Assembly (NCBI GenBank): GCA_048938105.1
Contig: JBHLMN010000040.1
Span: 1-13,112 of the forward strand
DNA length: 13,112 nucleotides
Reading direction: 5' to 3'
Source of the DNA: Promethearchaeota archaeon
Lineage (GTDB): Archaea > Asgardarchaeota > Heimdallarchaeia > Hodarchaeales > Hodarchaeaceae
The notes under the pieces are model-generated. The model made no database searches. It had not been told where the DNA came from and saw only the letters and a list, made by a program, of their open reading frames with translations. Positions 8,828-13,112 of the stretch are shown here, piece after piece. A program made the position numbers and the translations under genes. The first letter of the stretch is position 1. Each line of letters opens with the position of its first letter.

Positions 8828-8836
8828 TGAACAACT

Positions 8837-8904
8837 GAAGGAGAGTGAAGACACTCTTGGGGCTTCCCAAGAGATATCCTCTCTTCTCCCCCTATTTCTT
8901 TTTT
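8837..8904 (+). terminator. Stem-loop plus T-tract after the 8279 gene
   Basis: Perfect 8-bp stem CTCTTGGG-gctt-CCCAAGAG (8854-8873), extended by GAAGGAGAG/CTCTCTTC, then TATTTCTTTTTT. Confidence 0.6.
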
Positions 8905-9126
8905 ACTGAATGATATCATTATTGGTACACATGGGGCCGACATTTAGTCCTCCCTAAGTTGTCCTTTTTCTGGTAGATTTTCTTAACAGATGTCTCAAAA
9001 GGCTTTTTAGTCTCATAAAAAAAAACAGTTAAACATCCTAATAAATTTTTGATCATATTGAAATAAAAGGGAGATTCAAAATGGATTGTGAAAATCGGTA
9101 ATGAACTATTAAAATCTTCTAAGAGG

Positions 9127-9147
9127 TACTAATCCAGCTTTTTACGA
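9127..9147 (-). repeat. Dispersed intergenic motif, copy C (TCGTAAAAAGCTGGATT-AG-TA on the minus strand)
   Basis: Plus strand reads TA-CT-AATCCAGCTTTTTACGA; 16/17 identical to copy A. Confidence 0.6.
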
Positions 9148-9356
9148 CTTATTATCCTCTGTGATGTTTTGGGCCTTTCAAATTACAAATTTAATCTTTT
9201 AACTCAACTTCACCAGAAGTCCCCTTCTTGCAGGTGGGGGATGAATCGTGAGACAAAAATTATCTCAAAGACAGAGAAGAGGGGAGGTAAAGAATAATCA
9301 GATCAGAAAGGTTGAAAGGGAAAATGATTGCTGTTTTAGTTGGAAAAAGTGGTTAA

Positions 9357-9371
9357 GAAGGCTTATATAAA
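9357..9371 (+). promoter_or_regulatory. Candidate archaeal TATA promoter for tnpB
   Basis: GAAGGC-TTATATAAA (TATA 9363-9370), ~35-40 nt upstream of ATG 9404. Confidence 0.5.
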
Positions 9372-9403
9372 GTAATGGACGCGAAATATCTCAAGTTGGT
9401 TGT

Positions 9404-10708
9404 ATGGTCACACTCACATGGAAGTTCACAGTCATTCCTACATACAAACAAGAGGAGGTCCTACGGGAATTATCAGAGACGTGTCGACTACTGTACAACC
9501 ATGCGTTAGCAGAAAGAAAGTATCTTTATGATACCCACAACCATTGTGTTACTTATAGAGAGCAGCAGAACGCCTTACCACAATTAAAGAAGTTGTTCCC
9601 TAGGTACAACCAGGTCTACTCCAAAGTCCTCCAAATGACGCTTAAAAAGCTTGATGCTGCGTATAAATCATTTTTTGAGTTACTAAAGCGCGGAGATCAT
9701 ACTGCTCACCCACCAACCTTCCGAGGTAAGGATTATTTCTTTACATTATGTTACAACCAATCTGGCTTCACAATCACAAAAAAGACTATTCGATTCTCTC
9801 ACAAACATCCGAGTAAGACAGAATTGATCTTTCCCGTCCCGTTTGACTTTTCTACTCACATCATTAAACAGGTTGAGATCTTTCAAGATCATTATGACAA
9901 GAGGTTCTATTTAGTAGTCACATTTAATCATGAGGATCCTCCTTTCATTGACAATGGGTTGTACCAAGCGTTTGATCTGGGGACGACCAAACATACGGCA
10001 ATTAATATGCATGGGAAGTTTCTCGAATCAACAGTCAAGCGTCCTGACAACTATTGGGAACCGAAGATTCGCTCCTTGCAGCGGAGAAAAGATCACTGCA
10101 AACAGGGGAGTCGTAGACACCGATTGTTCACTCAAAGGCTGGCAACCATTAAGCGGAAATGTCGAAACCAGACGAGGGACTGGCAACATAAGCAAAGTAT
10201 CAACCTCTTACGGAATACCAAAGCCAGAACCATTATCGTGGGTGATCTTTCACCTAAACAAATGATTGCTCATAAAAAAAATGGAAAGATGCCAGAGAAA
10301 AGGAAGTTTCAGAAGAGTATTAACCGTGGAGTCCATAATACAGGTCATCTAGGGCGTTTTATCGAATTACTGACCTATAAAGCGAAAAAGATAGGTAAAA
10401 GAGTAACAGTAATTGATGAGCGGGATACTACTAAAACCTGTTCAGTCTGTGGTCATATAAAAGAGTGGATGGCTCTTTCTGAACGCATTTATCACTGTGA
10501 GGTGTGTGAAATCGTCCTCGATCGCGACCAAAACTCTGCGATCAACATTATGAAGCGCTTTCTCTCATATAATGCCTTGTGGACGGGCTATCAATCCTTC
10601 TTAAGTCGGATTGATAATCTACGATACACAGTCAATGGTAAAACGAAAGTCTCCTATCATCTTGTTGATGATGGGTTTGGCGAACTCGTAGGAAGCCACC
10701 TGCTTTAG
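9404..10708 (+). CDS. tnpB: RNA-guided endonuclease TnpB (rearranged RuvC-II type)
   Basis: 434 aa. N-terminal HTH-like region (PTYKQEEVL..CRLLYNHALAER), RuvC-I AFD191LG, RuvC-II position IIVG280DL, alternative Glu IDE339RDTTKTC, zinc finger CSVC/CEVC, RuvC-III DRD375QNSAINI. Confidence 0.95.
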   Translation: MVTLTWKFTVIPTYKQEEVLRELSETCRLLYNHALAERKYLYDTHNHCVTYREQQNALPQLKKLFPRYNQVYSKVLQMTLKKLDAAYKSFFELLKRGDHTAHPPTFRGKDYFFTLCYNQSGFTITKKTIRFSHKHPSKTELIFPVPFDFSTHIIKQVEIFQDHYDKRFYLVVTFNHEDPPFIDNGLYQAFDLGTTKHTAINMHGKFLESTVKRPDNYWEPKIRSLQRRKDHCKQGSRRHRLFTQRLATIKRKCRNQTRDWQHKQSINLLRNTKARTIIVGDLSPKQMIAHKKNGKMPEKRKFQKSINRGVHNTGHLGRFIELLTYKAKKIGKRVTVIDERDTTKTCSVCGHIKEWMALSERIYHCEVCEIVLDRDQNSAINIMKRFLSYNALWTGYQSFLSRIDNLRYTVNGKTKVSYHLVDDGFGELVGSHLL

Positions 10709-10739
10709 CTGGTGGTAGTTCACCATGATCTTATTTGGG
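10570..10739 (+). ncRNA. Predicted TnpB omega-RNA (reRNA) scaffold plus ~16-nt flank-derived guide
   Basis: Hairpin GCCT-TGTGGAC-GGGC (10574-10588) whose loop GTGGAC pairs with terminal GTTCAC (10718-10723) as a pseudoknot. Stems TATCAATCC/GGATTGATA (10589-10616), CTACGA/TCGTAG (10619-10624 with 10686-10691) and CCTATCATC/GATGATGGG (10653-10675), then the right-end hairpin. Guide starts CATGATCTTATTTGGG at 10724. 5' and 3' limits are estimates. Confidence 0.75.
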
Positions 10740-12659
10740 TTTAATGATAACTGTTTGTGATCCATCTGCTATTGCATGGAGTAATACTATTTGGGTATTA
10801 CTAGGTGATCTTTCCCATTTTCCACTCGTTTCTATCGTAAAACCGTTTGGATAATGAATTTCAGGTACATACATAATTGTGGGTGCTTTTATTGAAGAAT
10901 TTGCATTAAACCTGAGCTTGAAAGTTTTATTTTTATTTTCAAAACGCATTTCTTGAGGATTTCCAGCTACACGAACAATATGAGGTCTGCAAAAACCTTC
11001 AATAGCACGACCTCCGCTATTAATGTCACTTGAATCAATTTTTTGGTCTTTGCTAAATATTGAAAAGTCTTCTAAATTCCATAAATCTCCAAATTTATTG
11101 TTGTTATCTGGTGTATAGTTCCAATGGAGTGAATGTAAAAGATTAGCATCCAATGCATTATAATACGTTGAAAAAGCTGAAATTAGTGTATCCCAGGCCT
11201 TCTTTGGATTTTCATGCCAAATATCATATGCTTTTTTATTTTGTAAATCAAAACATAAACCTATCTCCCCAATAAGAACCATTTCTTGTCCAAATGTCTT
11301 GATAGCAGTCTCTTTTATCGCTTGCATTTGTTGAACAAACATGTTTTGCACATTACCCTCTCCGATGACAGTCTTTCCAGTCTTTATGTCAAAATTTGCT
11401 TTTTTCATAAACCGCTTCATTCCTATCGATGCCACATCATACCAATGACCCTCTAAGAATACCATCGGAGGTAAATCGATATCTATTCTTTCTCCTTTAA
11501 CAATCATGTCTAAAGGAAGGCCAAAAAAAATGTATGAATCGGGAATTATTTCTCTAATCCCTTGGGTGAATTTAGACACAAATGGTGTCAGGTATTCTTT
11601 ATTGAACTCAATTTCTTTCCCATTTTTTATTTTAAAGTAGTCATTGCGTAGAATTACTGGATTATTACCATCATCTAAACCCCATACACCTTCTTCTTTC
11701 CAAATATCTTTAGAACTTTCAGTCCAACATGAAACTTGTTTTGGATTTAAATAGTCTCTTCCTATTTCCCTAATTCCTAGTCTTTTGATAGCCCGTAAAG
11801 GAATTTCGCGTGAATATCCAGCAGCAAGAAGCATTGAATCAAAGGGAGTAAAAGCATAACCTATTATTTCAGAGACATCCATATCAGAACCATCGACTAA
11901 TTGACCAATCCATCCTTTACCTGGCTCATTTAAGGTTGAAAAGCCGATGAGGTAAGGATTATCCTTTATATATCGAGCTAATTCTCTGAATGCTCTAATA
12001 AAATGTTCTTGAAGGTATTCTTGAGCATTCATGGTATTAATTTTACAACTTGAAGCGAAATCTTCCCCTCCAAAAAAAATGGTCCACATGGTACCATTTA
12101 CACAACGAATTAGATTGTTTGACCATGACATCGATTCATACGACTTTGGTTGACTTGAATCAAAGCGATATTGCATAACTATGGCACCTTCAGAGGCATC
12201 AAATTTAGTGTAATCAAGACCTATTTTCTCAAAGGTCCACCCAGGAGCCCCATCCCCTCCTGATAATCTACTCCACGCATCCTGATGAGGATCGATGATA
12301 ATATGGAATTTATATTCTTCTCCTGCAATAGTTAATAAATCTTGAAAATATGATAGATACTCTTTATCATAATCTTTTGGATTAGCATGTTCAATCGCCT
12401 CCCATGTCACAACAAAGCGGATTGTATTGAATCCCCAATGTTTAATCCTGGAAAAATGCTCTTTTGCATCTTTCAGGGGAAAAGGTCTCCCCACAAAAGA
12501 AACTTCCCTATGATCATGAAAATCTGTCTTGATATGAGTTGATCCATCAGGTATTCTGGGCATTTTTGCACTCCCGCTTAAATTGACTCCTCTTAAGAGG
12601 ATTTTACGCCCGAATTCGTCAAAAAACCAATTTTTTTCTATTTTTAACAACAAGTTCAC
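10731..12659 (-). CDS. Glycoside hydrolase family 5, endoglycoceramidase-related (GH5_12 / EGCrP-like), with C-terminal beta-sandwich domain
   Basis: LRGVNLSGSAKMP, VSFVGRPFPL, RFVVTWEAIEH, IDPHQDAWSRLSGGDGAPGWT, acid/base TLNEP, HWYD, nucleophile IGEIG, WNYTPDN..GDLWNLEDFSIFS, GGRA...FCRP. No signal peptide. Start may be TTG at 12650 (MLKIEK), with SD GGTGA overlapping the upstream stop. Confidence 0.92.
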   Translation of the reverse strand: MNLLLKIEKNWFFDEFGRKILLRGVNLSGSAKMPRIPDGSTHIKTDFHDHREVSFVGRPFPLKDAKEHFSRIKHWGFNTIRFVVTWEAIEHANPKDYDKEYLSYFQDLLTIAGEEYKFHIIIDPHQDAWSRLSGGDGAPGWTFEKIGLDYTKFDASEGAIVMQYRFDSSQPKSYESMSWSNNLIRCVNGTMWTIFFGGEDFASSCKINTMNAQEYLQEHFIRAFRELARYIKDNPYLIGFSTLNEPGKGWIGQLVDGSDMDVSEIIGYAFTPFDSMLLAAGYSREIPLRAIKRLGIREIGRDYLNPKQVSCWTESSKDIWKEEGVWGLDDGNNPVILRNDYFKIKNGKEIEFNKEYLTPFVSKFTQGIREIIPDSYIFFGLPLDMIVKGERIDIDLPPMVFLEGHWYDVASIGMKRFMKKANFDIKTGKTVIGEGNVQNMFVQQMQAIKETAIKTFGQEMVLIGEIGLCFDLQNKKAYDIWHENPKKAWDTLISAFSTYYNALDANLLHSLHWNYTPDNNNKFGDLWNLEDFSIFSKDQKIDSSDINSGGRAIEGFCRPHIVRVAGNPQEMRFENKNKTFKLRFNANSSIKAPTIMYVPEIHYPNGFTIETSGKWERSPSNTQIVLLHAIADGSQTVIIKPK

Positions 12660-13112
12660 CTAAGCTTTTCCTAATTCCTTTAAGATCTCTAAAGGATATT
12701 GAGCATCAAAGATCTCTGCTTTAGAAGCAATTATCCTGATAAGGCCACGAATAAGAAAATTCGCTTTGTTTTTAATTTTTGAATCGAAGAAAACTCTTCG
12801 ATATGGTTCCGCATATCTCCATCCCTGTGTCTTTAGTCCTGATATAACCCATACAGGTTTTAACATTCGTTTCATACGTTTTAAAAGCCATACTTGTGTT
12901 TTATGACATGCTATTAATTTTTCTGTCAAAGAGATATTTCTTGGGTCTATTGGAAAATAGTAATTTGGACTCAATGAAGAGTAATAATATAAATCTGGAA
13001 TATTCTCAATAAGCTTGTTATTTATGACGTAGTATATCGCCCGACCTGTATTCACATGATCTTTGTGATAATACCACGTATAAAGGGCTTCAGGAGCTAT
13101 AATCACATCGGG
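12660..13112 (-). CDS. PIG-L/LmbE family N-acetylglucosaminyl deacetylase, C-terminal part (5'-truncated by window edge)
   Basis: The frame is open from the window end: PDVIIAPE...YYHKDHVNTG (HxDH metal motif), LYYY....PN, IACHKTQ (H-x-S/T-Q motif), RYAEPY. TAG at 12662-12660 abuts the GH5 gene. Confidence 0.8.
   Translation of the reverse strand, partial: PDVIIAPEALYTWYYHKDHVNTGRAIYYVINNKLIENIPDLYYYSSLSPNYYFPIDPRNISLTEKLIACHKTQVWLLKRMKRMLKPVWVISGLKTQGWRYAEPYRRVFFDSKIKNKANFLIRGLIRIIASKAEIFDAQYPLEILKELGKA

Larger units (their letters stand above)
9214..10723 (+). mobile_element. IS200/IS605-family non-autonomous element (IS1341 type, tnpB only)
   Basis: Left end TTCAC|CAGAAG-TCCCCTTCTTGCAGGTGGGGGA-TGAAT (hairpin 9220-9241). 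Right end GAAG-CCACCTGCTTTAGCTGGTGG-TAGTTCAC| (hairpin 10696-10715, end 10723). No tnpA between the left end and tnpB. The left boundary is inferred from the GAAG guide / TCAC rule. Confidence 0.85.

Noticed and set aside
8448-8854. ORFs 8448-8636 (+) and 8633-8854 (-)
   Set aside because: They overlap the signal-peptide-bearing 8279-8827 gene in other frames.
8837-8886. SECIS-like element (GTGAA on the 5' arm of a 3'-UTR hairpin)
   Set aside because: No opposing GA to form the core, no apical AA, and no in-frame TGA in the upstream gene; a terminator explains it.
9242-9400. tnpA remnant between the left end and tnpB
   Set aside because: No HUH/Y1 or serine-recombinase motif seen on either strand.
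9930-10265. 111-aa ORF inside tnpB
   Set aside because: Out-of-frame shadow ORF with no recognisable features.
9404-10708. Nuclease-dead TnpB (TldR-like) or Cas12f with a CRISPR array
   Set aside because: The missing RuvC-II Glu appears compensated by E339, IS ends are intact, and no repeat-spacer array is present in the window.
9209-10725. TTCACCA at both IS junctions as a target-site duplication
   Set aside because: IS200/IS605 elements make no TSD; TCAC is expected at both ends from the shared GAAG guide and the extra matching bases are probably coincidental.

Overview
AT-rich, archaeal-looking window (TATA/BRE-type promoters, GGTGA/GGAGG Shine-Dalgarno sites). The giant glycoprotein with a cytoplasmic longin-like tail suggests an Asgard archaeon (inference). 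In order: the 3' part of a DUF4256 gene; a 424-aa secreted protein and a 1530-aa membrane-anchored surface protein that share a ~155-aa domain about half identical; a decayed 3' fragment of an ATC-hydrolase-family gene missed by the ORF track; a YbhB/YbcL (PEBP) gene; a small secreted hypothetical protein with a 5'-UTR hairpin and a terminator; a complete non-autonomous IS200/IS605 (IS1341-type) element with both ends, tnpB and a foldable omega-RNA; and a convergent PIG-L deacetylase + GH5 (EGCrP/GH5_12-like) gene pair. Best leads: (1) the TnpB has a rearranged RuvC-II site (E->G plus an alternative Glu) with a predictable TCAC TAM and guide; (2) the secreted-paralog / longin-tailed receptor pair; (3) a dispersed 17-21 bp intergenic motif in three copies, one abutting the truncated gene. 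All family assignments come from motif recognition by eye, not database searches.
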